Below are positions 50,877 to 63,376 of a DNA stretch of 64,000 nucleotides, one piece after another. The notes beneath the pieces are model-generated. The model saw only the letters and a program-made list of their open reading frames with translations. It ran no database searches and had not been told where the DNA came from. Both the position numbers and the translations under genes were made by a program. The DNA is from Selaginella moellendorffii (lineage: Eukaryota; Plantae; Lycopodiophyta). The stretch lies in NCBI RefSeq assembly GCF_000143415.4, contig NW_003314305.1, forward strand, positions 495,709-559,708, read 5' to 3'. Numbering within the stretch: the stretch's first letter is position 1; each line of letters opens with the position of its first letter.

Positions 50877-53243
50877 GTGACAAAACCATTCGCTATGCTG
50901 TCCAGGACTTCTCTGGATCCTAAAGTTCTCACAGCCGATACGAGAACTTATGGTACTACCGGCAACGCTCATCAGCTCGAGAGAAGCGCTTGCCTCGCGG
51001 CGCTAAAGTCGTGCTCCAGAGCTAGAGACGTCGAAAGTGGCCGGCAAATCCACGCGAACGCGAGAGAAAGTGGTGTGGATTCGGACTCTCACGTAGCCAG
51101 TAGCTTGGTGGCGATGTACATGAAGTGTGGCAGCGTGGTGGAAGCACAGCAGGCCTTCGACAGGATTCCTCGCCCCGACGCAGTGTGCTGGAACGCTTTG
51201 ATCTCGGGCTATGCGGAGAATGGCGAGGCCGAGGTGGCCTTGCAGCTCTTTCGATCGATGCAACAGTGCTGCGGAGCAAACTCACGAACTTTTGCCGCTG
51301 CGCTCGCTGCGTGCTCCACTCTCGCAGCTGCCGAAGAAGGCCGGAAAGTTGATGGGAGGATGGTGAAAGTTTTTTCGCTGCAACGAGGCATGGAAGTTCA
51401 TCGTCAGGCCGAGGCTGGGATGGGAATAGATGCTATCCATCAAAACGTCTACGTGGGGAATGCTCTCATCGACATGTACGTGAAGTGCCGGAGCATGGTG
51501 CGTGCTCAAGAGGTTTTCGACAGGATGAAAACTCGGGATGTGATCTTGTGGAACGTATTGATGCTCGGCTACGCACAGGGTGGTGAGAACGAGGAGCTAG
51601 CTCTCGAGATGTTTACGAAGATGGTGTCGTGCCGAGGCTGTCAGCTCGATAGCTGGAGTGTTGTTGCTGCTCTCAAGGCCTGTAGCAATCTCGCAGCCAA
51701 GGAAGAAGCTCGGAATCCACAGGAGAAGCTCAGGTTTCTAGTCACGGGTGTGGCGATCCACGGCACAGCCGAGAGACTGGGATGTGACTCAAACATATTC
51801 GTGGCCAACGCTCTTCTCAACATGTACGCAAACTGTGGAAGCATGGTGGATGCGAGGAGAGTTTTCGATAAGATGCAGCGCCGGGATGTGGTTTCCTGGA
51901 ACACGATCATCCTGGGCTATGCTGAGAACGATGAGGGAAAGATGGCCCTTCAACTCTTTGGAGATTTGCTACACTCTCGGTGCTGCGTACTGGACAGGCT
52001 GACTTTGGTGGCTGCGCTTAAGGCGTGTTGTACCCTCTCGAGTCAAGAACAGGGAAGGCAAGTCGATGGGAAGATCGTGAAGCTGAGTTCGCTGGAAGCA
52101 GGAATGGCGGGGCACTCGCTGGCATCGGAGCGAGGCTCTGATCTGGAAGACTTGTACGTGGCAAACTGCTTGGTCGACATGTATGGGAAGTGTGGGAGCA
52201 TGGCCGACTCGTCCCACTCGGAGGCTTCCAGCTTCGTCACAGCTTCGCGGTGAACAGCCATGGTGATTTCCAATGCTCTCATTCGATCGTTTTCCTTGTT
52301 CTTAGCTGCAAGACTGCCGCAAGCCTTGAAAGCCGCGACGACTGTCAAGCTGGTTGGAGAAATACCACCATCGCCACCTTCGCACAAGAGAGCCTCAAAC
52401 AGCTCTAGAGCAGCCTCACTTTCGTCGTTCTGTGCGTCTCCCGAGATCACTGCGTTCCAGATAACAACGTTTACGTGACGAGCAGCTTGATCGATGCGTA
52501 CGCCAAGTGTGGGAGTCTGGCGGATTCCAGCAAAGTTTTCTCGAGCAATACCGGCCAGCTTCGCAACGTGGTCTCGTGGAACGTCTTGATCCTGGGCTTC
52601 ACGGAGAACGCCGATGCTAGACGAGCTTTGAGGCTGTTCCACAGGATGAGACGTGAAGGCTGCCGACCAAACGCATCAACGTACGTCGCGGCGCTGAAAG
52701 CTTGCAGCAACAGTATTCCTTCGAGTCTAGGCTTTGGGAGCGAAGTCAAGGCTCTGATCTACCGTGGAGGCTTTGAGGAAGATGGAGATTTGGCTGGATC
52801 CCTGGTTGACTTTCACGGCAAAGCGGGAGACATGGTTTCCGCTCGCCAGGTATTTGACTCGCTACCGGGAGATGGTGACGAGGCCTGGAGTGCGCTGATC
52901 ACCGGATACGGCAGGCAAGGGGACGCAAGCCAAGCGCTGACGCTGTTTCACGAGATGGTAAACTCTGGCATAAAACCGAATGGTATCACAGCTCTCGCAG
53001 TTCTAACCAGCTGCAGGGAAGAAGTTCTTCCACGAAATGCCATCCAGATACGGCATCGTCCCCGAAGTGGAACACTTCCACTGCGTTGTCGATCTTCTCA
53101 GCAGAGCTAACCAGCGGGTTCAAGGTATGACGAAGCGCTGGAACTTTGAAGCTTACGAAGTAACTTGGACTACCATTGCAGGCGGAGTGGAATCCAGGAG
53201 TGGAGACGCTACGCTTGTCACGAAGCAAGAATGGGCGTCGTGA
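50877..53243 (+). pseudogene. PLS-class PPR paralog disrupted by internal inversion (52211-52470) and frameshifting deletions
   Basis: Very high identity to 7577-10012; 52211-52470 matches the opposite strand; deletions near 53016 and 53117. Confidence 0.92.
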
Positions 53244-53455
53244 TGCGTGAAAGCTCTCCCGTTTCGTTTCATGTCTCCCAGTCTGCAGAGTCTCAAATTC
53301 TGCTAAAAATGCTTTTTTTTTTTTTTTTCTTCAGCATCTTCTAAACAACAAAAATGTGAAAAACCTTGCTAGCGTAGCCCAGCATAGAATCAAATATATG
53401 TTTAGCTTCTTCTAAATACCCACTCTTGGTATATGTATTAATCATATACGGCAAC

Positions 53456-53525
53456 GGATTTGGCCAAAGCCATGTCCAAGTATATGAGCACCTCACATTT
53501 GCTTGAGGCAAACCCGTTGCAAAGT
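53456..53525 (-). pseudogene. Small rearranged Tpt1 fragment
   Basis: rc reads YFATGLPQ..EVLIYLD-like sequence matching 7110-7175. Confidence 0.7.
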
Positions 53526-53624
53526 AGAGACCCAAAAAGGTGAAGTTTAAATCAGATTCTATTTGGGTTTGCAAATGCAAAGTCCAAAAATTTAACACAA
53601 TAGCATACATATTGTCAATAACAT

Positions 53625-53853
53625 ATTATAAAGAACATAAAACATGCTTTGAAGTTTCTAATGCCCAAAAAAATTTATTTGGATATCTAGTTTCATAAAG
53701 AACCATATTATAATTATTTTGGATAGAAAATATTGTTGATAGCAAACAAAATGGTTTTTTTAAGCAATATGTGTTAGTAGCCCATAAAACATTTTTACCA
53801 TGATAAAAAACTAGATTACCATCATGTTATAAACGAAAATGTAATTATATAAG

Positions 53854-53896
<43 letters not shown>

Positions 53897-54280
53897 CTAA
53901 TTCACATAGATTTTTTAATACATCTTAAAATTACAATTTTATTCTAAAATTAAGACATTTTTAGTATTTGAGAAACTAAAAAATTACTAGTATAAAGGAC
54001 TGATTTGGTAGAATAAAGACTAGCAAAAGGAATATAATATACTAAAAAGAACTTGAAATTTTAGATAATAATTTTGTAAATAAACTTTTGTATCCTTAAT
54101 TAAACTATATTGTATCATAACTTTATAGTCTTACTTTTAAAAAAAATTGAAAAATTTATATGTATATCATTGAATTGTTAAGTAAAATATTTTCAAAACC
54201 TATACTTTCATAATAGAATGTTATTTCAGCAGAATAATCTTTTTTAACTTTAATAATAAAATTAACAATTTCTTTTAATG
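53625..54280 (-). pseudogene. Degenerate copy of bulb-type lectin with (TA)n expansion at 53855-53893
   Basis: rc aligns to 4410-5070 with indels; 5' part lost at an old LTR remnant. Confidence 0.85.
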
Positions 54281-54284
54281 TTTA

Positions 54285-54497
54285 TGTGAGGGGATGATTG
54301 CTTTGGGCTTTTCACCCCACAACTTGTATTGGTATTTAAACTTAATCTCAGCCTTGATCTCAAATTCATTCTCAGATTTGATTACAAACTTGGTCTCAGT
54401 CTTATACTCAATCTTATTTAATAAACTCTTTATTTTTTCGATTGTGATTTCAAAGGTTCCTTTAGTTTATGGCATTTTGGTGAGTTAATTCTTTATA
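54285..54497 (-). mobile_element. Old, AT-eroded fragment of the chromovirus LTR
   Basis: ggttcctttagtttatggcattttggtgagttaattctttata vs LTR rc ggttcctttagcctacgacacctcggcgagttggttccttaca; also ctttgggcttttcacccc. Confidence 0.7.
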
Positions 54498-57400
54498 GTG
54501 GTGTTTTAGCATTTCTATCCAGAGTGGATTCTTTTGGATAATAGTCCCATATTTATGACTGAAGCATTTCAAGTTTTAACATCTCAGCTGGGGATACATC
54601 GTCGAAATGCAATTTCCACCTAGGAATCATAATGCAAATTGTTTTTCTCCTTGGCCATCTCCGAGCTTCTAGAGCTTGTTCTCCTCCTGGAGAGAAGGAA
54701 GAAAGGACACATACAAGTTAGATACACAAGTGCAGGAGAATTTTTGTCAGATACCTTGATTGAAGAGTTGTTGACATACTCCCATGTCATAGGATTTGGC
54801 AACGAGCAAGAAAAGTTCCAATGCAGCAGCCTTGATGGATTCTGTGATTGATAGTAATGGGCTACTTGATGGGAGAAGAATGCAAAGTTTCACTCGTAGA
54901 CAAGAGTGCAAGCCACCTCCACAAATGGCATAGCCTGGTCAGCTCCTTCCACACTCCCTTCTATGCACCAAAGCAAAAATCTCATCTTCCTTTAGTTCCT
55001 AGAAATTCCATAATGTTTTATTGGCAGAGGAAGTGAGCCAGTTTCAGCTGTGCCTTGACCTGAAAAAGACCAAAAAAGAAAAAAAGTGAGAATTGTAGTA
55101 TTCACACTCTTGTTGCAAGATCTCAAGTTCTTCTCACCATCTTTTAACTTTGTTTCTGATATATGAAGTGTGTAGATAACCCTGAGTGTGGAAATAGACA
55201 TACTTCTTGAGGATGAAATGCAATATAAATACTACGAAGCCATTCAGCTATACAGATGGTATGTATCATTTGAAACTCAAAGCTAGCATTCCAAAGCGAA
55301 TCACTAGTGTGTTTTGACAACTCCATAATGGTGTTGATAATCCGAGATAGTATCAGCTAGAGAACCAATGAGTAGACTGTAATCTCCCATTGTCTTTTTT
55401 ACACACTCCAGCCTCTAGCATTTGGCTTTGTTAACCTTCGAAAAGTCAATGATTGCATTTCATTCTTTCTCACAAGAAAAAACTTTCAATCACCTCTTCA
55501 AAGCTGAGCAAGACGTGTGAGCCCATTGGAGTTGTGGGCATCGCTTCACAAGAAGAACTTGGCTTTCAAAAGCATGAGGATCAATGCTGCAAAATTGTGC
55601 ATTAGAGTTCTGGCATGATGCTTGAGCATTTCCTTGTCAATTAGAGGAACAACACCATCTGCAGCCTCTTCTTGTCATCCTGCTCCACCTGATTTACATG
55701 TTTTTACATTGAATTCATCAGTTCAAGGAAGAACAATAGCAAAACTTCATAGAATTCAAAAGAGTGAAAGCAAACACTTTGGTATGCTGAAAGAATTAAA
55801 AAAAGATTTAAATGAATCCATCAGTTTAAGGAAAAACAACAGCAAAGCCTACGAAAGAAAAGAAAAGTTTTAAGAAATCTAAATGCCAAAAAGAGTGAAA
55901 GCAAACAATTTGGTATGCCAAAAGCATTCTAGAACAAATAAATGTAAATGCCACAAACCAAAAAAAGAGCTCATAAAACCCACTAGAAAAAATAATTTAC
56001 CAATAAATTGTTATGTGTTGCATGTAGTAATGCTTGGTTTACTTAATAGTATTGATTAAATAGAGTTTATAATTATAAGTATGTTTGTAATTTATAAACA
56101 TAAGATTAATCTTATTGCATATCAACCATTAGATGATAGAATAAAAAAGAATATGCTAGAATGGGTTCAAGAAAGTATATAAATTATAAACATGTTTATA
56201 AATTATAAATACAAGATTAATCTAAATGAATAGCAACCGTTAAATGGTAGAATATCATAGAATATTCAAGTATATTCTAGATATATCCACTACCATCTTA
56301 ATCAAGTTTGCTTAAGCAAACCAAAAAGTACATTCTAACCACCCCAAAGACAAAGTAAAGGAAGAGAAAACAAAGAGAGAAAGGAAGAACACCAAAATGC
56401 TGCTTTGGGCAAATGCTGTAAGGGAATAGAAGCAAATATTTGTTCTTGGATGGGAGAGGAGGCAAAACACCTCCTCATTTGTGTGGTTGGGTACTCGTTG
56501 CAAATCTCTATGAATTTCTCATACATGGTGTCCATATTAGGGAAATAAAGCACACCAATGCAGCCATGGACCTTGCAATTGGAAATCCTCCCACTGGCTT
56601 TAATTTGCCCTACCAATCATGAATTGGAAGCATAGTCATCCAATCTCCCAAGGCTAGAGGCTAAATGGGCTCTTCTGATCCTCCTTGTAGAAGCTGCTGG
56701 TGGTTTGGAGCTTGATCTGGGCATGTTGGGTCACCATTTAGATGTATTGCAGAGGCAATGGAGAAGCATTGATCCAATGCCGACCATTGCTACACAAATC
56801 TTGCATCCATTCTACATTTGGTGACTTATATAACATTTAGGAACCAAGGGTTAATGAGATTAACAACAGTTTAATTTTGGCATTATAGAATAGAATAGAA
56901 TAAAGGGAAAATTACATTTATACCCCTCATTTGAAAAATTACAAATTTGATCCTACTTGTTACAGGATTCAAACACTTCACTTATATTGTATGTTTAAAA
57001 TTTAGAGTCAACTAGATAATTATGGCAACAAATATGAAAAAGAATTATATATTTACATATATGTGGAGGTTTTTTTTTTTTGAGTTGATGCAAAAATATT
57101 ACACAGTCACTTTTTAATTATTATGTATGCAATCAAAACATGTTTGTATGTACAATATTTTCTTTATGGTGTATATCATGTATATATAAGGCATAACACC
57201 GTAGATTACCAAGTGTATCTCATTTCACACAACTATGGCTTATTTCTTGTGTTTTATAGGCATATTTTGATTGCAATGAGCGATATAAAAAATCTCAAGA
57301 GGTTATCCAAGTGAATTATTCAAACAAAAAAAAACCTAATCCCAAATATTCTAAATATTTAACCAATTGGAAAAAAAATTGTGTTTTTGTTCATAAACCC

Positions 57401-58276
57401 CTTCTTTTTATATTTGAATCTTTATAGATCATTTTTTGAATTTTTTTCTTTGGTTGCTTACATACAATAATAAGGTCAAAGCATTTCTTTGGGTGTTGCA
57501 TTAGTTTTGCTATGAACAAGTTGCAACCATGGTAAATTGTTAATTTTATTGATTTCTCATATACATGATTTATTGTGTTTGGGAAAAGCGTTTATCATTA
57601 TCATCACCAAAGAGATAGCCCTAAATAGAAATTTTAGCTCATAACATCCAAAATGCACTCAAAATCCAACTCACATGCTATAAAATATTATGAGGTACTT
57701 GAGACATTAAACACACTTATTATTCAAACAAAAGAACTTACATCCATGTCAACACACTTCAATCAAAGCAAAAAAAAAACACTATTTACTTTAAACACAC
57801 TCCAAAAAATGCTATTAAACACAAAATTTAGATGAAGTCTAATTTAACCCATTGCTTCATATTTTTATTGTCTAGCTTTGAAATTCTTGAAATCTTAGAA
57901 TTCTCTATATATGCTATAGCTCTGCCATCTCACATCACTACCCTAACCACCTCTTTGATCACGAGTTAATGTGGTATATGTAGGAATGGCTAGACTTTAT
58001 ATATTTTAATTAACAGATGAAGTCTAATATAAATTTTAAAAAGAATACTTTTCTCTTTATAATTATGTGGAATAAATAGCTATAAAGAGGGAGGGTTTGA
58101 CTAAAGAATTCAAGGAGGATACCATTATTGAAGTCATATTATTTCATTTTTATTATAATATTTAAATTTAATATAACTCAAATTCCACATTTATAATATA
58201 AAACTAAAAACTAAAATTTTTAAAGTTTTAATAATAGATGAAACACATTAAATGTAAGTTATTATTTATTATATAT

Positions 58277-61200
58277 TGTGAGTGCTTGGAATATGGAAAG
58301 GGAATACAGAAAATGTGCATATCAATTAGCCCAAAAACCCTAGCTTATATACAGGAGCGAGTGGTCCAGATTGAAACTAATTCGACAGCTTCCAAAATCC
58401 CACTACGCTAATATTAATATACGGCATCGTAGCTGTACACTTAGCCCTCACATCATCCCCTCCTCTTGGAATAATGGAAGGCCGTAAGGGTTCTCTTATA
58501 GACGGGCTAGGATCTAGAGGAACGTCAGGAGGAGGCATCGGTGGATCTATAGATGGTATTAATTGCTCCTGATCCCTTTGTATGAAGCGTTTTAACCGCT
58601 GCACATGCACAATCTCTGGAGGATCGGCCTGTTGGACGTCATGCCGAACCTCATAAACTTGTGGTTTAACTTGCCGCAACATCCGATACGGTTCTTTCCA
58701 CTCCACAAGGAGCCCCTTAGATAAACCACATATTGTAAGATAGGGAAAACGGACTAACACCAAATCATCCACTTTGTACTCTGCAGGTGGACGATGATGG
58801 GAGTTGTAGTGCCGTTGTTGTCCTACTTATACACGGCCTAAGTGTTCGGCAGACTCTGCTCGGACAAATGGAAGAATGCTTGTCAAATATTAATCCCACG
58901 ACCTAGCATCGGGAGCTTGTGGTAATCACGAAGGTAAACCTAGCTCCGTTGGTAATATTGGATCATAACCATATCGGCAAATAACCATCCTAATCCAAAT
59001 GCTAAAAGTTCACTTTAAACGTATTACGAGCTTGGCACTAAATGCAACTACGCACATACCGAATAATATCACGTCATATCTCCAGCCAATAGAAAGACTT
59101 GCGCAGCTTCTCGGTTACACGATGATGTCCCATATGCCCATATAAAACAAGAGAATCATGGTAGGTATAGAGAAACTGTGGAATAAAAACAAAAGGCACC
59201 ACCAGCCGTAAATGATCATCAGGATCCTTCCCCACAAAATAAAGAAGGCCATCTTCAAGGCGATATTGAGAATGTAAATGTCGGAAAGGCAAGTCATCAG
59301 TAAGTGATGCAAGATTCCCAAACACATCTTGAAGCCTTCGAATCCACAGCTCAATCTTTTGAGCCATAGCGAACCTCATTAAGAGAAGTAGATCTGGCTC
59401 TGTGCCTTGTGGGCACTGAATGTTAAGTACAGAAACCGCCAACAGCATAGAATCCTCATCTAGAAAATCCACAGATATTGGAACAATAGGCTCGTTAGAA
59501 ACATGAGAAGAAAGTGGAGAAGGAAGATGAGCTCGAGAAAGGGCATTAGCATCAGCCATAGAACTCCCTAGGTGATGAACAACATCAAAATCATATATCT
59601 GAAACTTCAAAGCCCATCGAGCAGTACAACTAACCAGGTTCTTCTTTTTCAATAATGAAGTAATAGCAGCATGGTCACCTTCAAGTAACATCTGAAATCC
59701 ATGTAGATATGCATGAAGTTTCTCGAAACCCTAGACTGCTGCTAAACACGCCTTCTCTGTTATGGAGTAGTTCATCTCCGCTAGTTGTAACATACGGCTT
59801 ATATACGCAATGGGATGGCGCTGACCAGGCACACTTGAACTCTCTTGCATCAACACACCTCCAAGACCAACGTTAGAAACATCCACGCGCAAAATAAAAG
59901 GTCAAGTGTAGTCAGGATATGCCAAAACTGGAGGAGTCGTCAATAGCTTTTTGAGATTCACAAATGCCCACTCACAATTTGGAGACCAGATGAAAGATGA
60001 CGTTGATGACTTTAGCAACGCTTGCAATGGTGCAGTATGATCAGAAAGATGATCCACAAAACGATCGAGATATTGCACTTTGCCCAAGAAGCGCTGTATA
60101 TCATTCACACACTTCGGAGTAGGGAACTTTAAAACAGCTACAAGTTTGTCAGGATCAACTTGCAAACCCTCATGAGAAATATTGTACCCAAGATAAGTTG
60201 TGTCCTTGGACCCAAACACGCACTTTGACCGCTTCAACTTTAAACTAACATCACGTAACCGATCCAACACTTTACAAATATCACGAACATGCTCCTCCCA
60301 CGTCCCCTCCGAGTGGATCAAGACATCATCAATGAAGTCAGCAATCACCTCTGGCATATCGCAAAGAACCTCGTCCATCATCCGCAGAAAAGTTGCTGGA
60401 GCATTGTTCAAACCAAACGGCATTACCAAGAACTCATACAAACAAAATGGTATACGAAAAGCAATTTTCACCATTTAGCTTGGTGAACTAACGACTTCGC
60501 CCTAGACGATCCAATAGATTAGCAATGTGAGGAAGAGTGTACACATTTGGGATTGTCACTTCGTTTAACAGACGATAGTCGATGCAAAAACGAATACTTC
60601 CATCAGGCTTCGTTACAAGATGAGGTTCACATGCCCAAAGACTCCGCGACTTCCGAATAACACCCTTCTCCAACATCTCCTTAATGTTTGCACATAAAAT
60701 CTTGATCTCCTTGGGTGACCAACAACGAATAGGAACCTTGATTGGACGAGCATCCCCGGTTAGAATCAGATGACATGTGGCAATCTTGGCCCCAGACGAT
60801 AGGTCAATTTCAAAAAGATCAGAATACTCCTTCATGAGCCGGTCAACCACGACAATACAAAGATCATCAAAAGGATCAGAAAAGGGAAGAGCAAAACAAG
60901 ATGGAAACACAGGAGGAAATAGTGGGGGAACAAAAGTAATGGAAGCAAAGGTTGAAGTAGAGGGACGAAGAGGTACAGAAGTGAGAAAAATGGATGAAAC
61001 ATACAAAAGCTTGACTCGGCACCACCCGCAACGATTGCAACTCAAGCTCGAGATCGTCCACACGCACAACCTGGTCCGCCTCATCCCGTGCACATGCATG
61101 TGTATGGCCGTTGCCATAAAGAATGAAAACTAGTTTTGCTGCATGATGCAAGTGTAGACAACAACGTGTGGCAACAAGTCGCGCAATAGAAGTATCAGAG

Positions 61201-63273
61201 GGGTCTCGGGTCCGACTCTGTTGGTTGGCTAAGGGAATCGCACCATATGTTGATTGACATCTGGCTGGTCCAGTTTGCTCCCGCTGGGCTCGACCCGAGG
61301 GGTAGGGTGTCAAGAGAGCGAGGCTCTCAGGAGAGCTGTGGCTCTCAGCTTCCGTTCACGAGGGCGTGAACTTGCAGGGAAGCGTGGTGAATTGTAAGCA
61401 ACCAAAGGGAACGACTCGAGAGACGATCCATGGGGTTCAAATATAGAGGGAAAGGGCCCATGAACAAGAGTGCACCCCCTTTTCCAATCGGTTAAGGGTC
61501 TTGGGATATTTGAGGTTAAGCGTCCTTGGGTTTGAATAGTACTGGGGTGGGTGACCTCCCAGGAAGTCCAAACTCCGGAGCTTACAAGACGATCCATGGG
61601 GTTCAAATATAGAGGGAAAGGGCCCATGAACAAGAGTGCACCCCCTTTTCCAATCGGTTAAGGGTCTTGGGATATTTGAGGTTAAGCATCCTTGGGTTTG
61701 AATAGTACTGGGGTGGGTGACCTCCCAGGAAGTCCAAACTCCGGAGCTTACAAGAAGATAAACTTGAACTTGTATCAACCAACACGGAGAGAACAATAGA
61801 AGACCTCTTGTTATAAAAACGAGCTTGGAAAGTAAACATTGGATGAACCGATGCTGAGTGAACCCCTTGAACCCCTTAATGATACTCCCAAAAGAAAGAT
61901 AGAAGGGTCACTAACTTATTCGCGCAAGGTCCCTCCATTACTCGTGTGACTTTTTGTTTTTTGGATGCATTTTGGTATCCAAACCTTCCACGGCAACAAC
62001 ACCAATGGGACGTTGTTGACGCCAAGGTCTCCAGCTAGGAAATGGAGGTCGCCAATCCGGAAAACGCCGACAATGCCAATAAATATGACCAACTTCATCA
62101 CACACCCAGCAGCGAACATCATGGCCATGACCATATCCTCACCCTTATCCTTGGACTCAAGTAGCAGCAGCATCAACCTCCATTGGAACAAGACCATCAC
62201 CTATAGGAAGTGGAGCTGAAGGACGTGTAATGAGAAGTGGAAGAGGCAACATCTCATTACGTTGTGCCAAGCGAAGAGCATCGTCAAGGGTGGTAGGAGC
62301 AAGTGCATGCACAAGTCCGACAAAATCTTGACGAAGTGCTGGCCACAACATTCCTAGCTTGATCCGCTCCGACATATTTAGCTCCGCACGAAGTAAAAGA
62401 CTTTGGAAACAAACGCCAAATTGCATCACCAACTCAGATGGCCCTTGGTGAAGACGATGAAATTGTTGGAAAGCATTCACAATCGTTGGCATGTCCGAAA
62501 GCGCATTTGAAAACACCCAGAAGAACACTCTAATCCCCACAAGTGGCTGTGCGCAACCCATTGTACCACTGCAATGCTGTCCCTTGAAGACACGTGGGAA
62601 ACTCACGCAAACATCGAGCATAATCCCAAGAATGATATGTAACAATCACCATGAAGTGATCAAACCAATGGTACACATCATCCCCAGGATTCCCGCAAAA
62701 GAACTCTGGCCGAACACGAGGATTGGCACCAAGCGCAAGAGGAGTTGTACCAAGTACCGTGAATGTTGCCATCAATTGAGTTTGGTTGTTCAATTGCAAG
62801 TGCATAGCATCAAGCAATTGTACCAATTGCTGCTCCATAGTCAAAGGAGGAGATTGTTGATCTGCCATGAAGACAAACGAAGAAAGAGCAAAAGAAGAGA
62901 AATGACAAAAAGCTAGAAGGGAATGGTAGATCTAGACAATGCAAAAAGCTAAATTTAAACCAAAATCTTGAAAGGAAAGAACAAAAGAAAAGAAATGGAA
63001 AAAGCTAGATCTAGACAATGCAAAAGTTAAATGTAATCCAAAATCCCAAATCCAAGCACTTCCCAGGGACAATCAAAGTTGCCCCTCACCTCCACCAATG
63101 TGAGTGCTTGGAATATGGAAAGGGAATATAGAAAATGTGTATATCAATTAACCCAAAAGCCCTAGCTTATATATAGGAGCGAGTGGTCTGGATTGAAACC
63201 AATCCGATAGCTACCAAATCTCACTATGCTAATATTAGTATACAGCATCATAGCCATACACTTGGCCCTCACA
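58277..63273 (-). mobile_element. Short-LTR Ty3/Gypsy element, both LTRs present (58277-58452, 63099-63273), degenerate gag-pol, integrase core deleted
   Basis: TG..CA LTRs ~175 bp; PBS tggtggaggtgagggg; PPT; VPMEVD gag end, LVDTS protease, RFCIDYR, MPFGL.NAPATF, FIDD; 4-bp ATAT flanks. Confidence 0.93.
61193..61752 (+). mobile_element. Cassandra-like TRIM carrying 5S rRNA-derived sequence, inserted in the Gypsy protease; TSD AGAAG
   Basis: AGAAG at 61188-61192 and 61753-61757; LTR 61393-61586 (tgtaagc...gcttaca) plus a 166-bp tandem copy; gttaagcgtccttggg..tagtactggggtgggtgacctcccaggaagtcc matches the 5S internal control region. Confidence 0.85.
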
Positions 63274-63306
63274 ATATGCATATTCTATAAGAAGCATTAC
63301 ATCAAA

Positions 63307-63376
63307 GAGAGAGAGAGAGGGAGAGAGAGGGAGGGAGAGTGAGGGAGGGAGAGAGAGAGTGTGTGTGTGTGTGTGT
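63307..63376. repeat. Compound (GA)n/(GGGA)n/(GT)n microsatellite
   Basis: Direct observation. Confidence 0.9.

Larger units (their letters stand above)
47780..54280. repeat. Right arm of large inverted segmental duplication
   Basis: Reverse complement of ~4410-12650. Confidence 0.92.

Noticed and set aside
54500-56820. Possible degenerate multi-exon gene on the minus strand
   Set aside because: Some splice-like signals, but many stops and no family I can recognise
61515-61735. Genuine 5S rRNA genes
   Set aside because: Only ~55 nt of the internal control region, lacking the 5' half and terminator, embedded in LTRs
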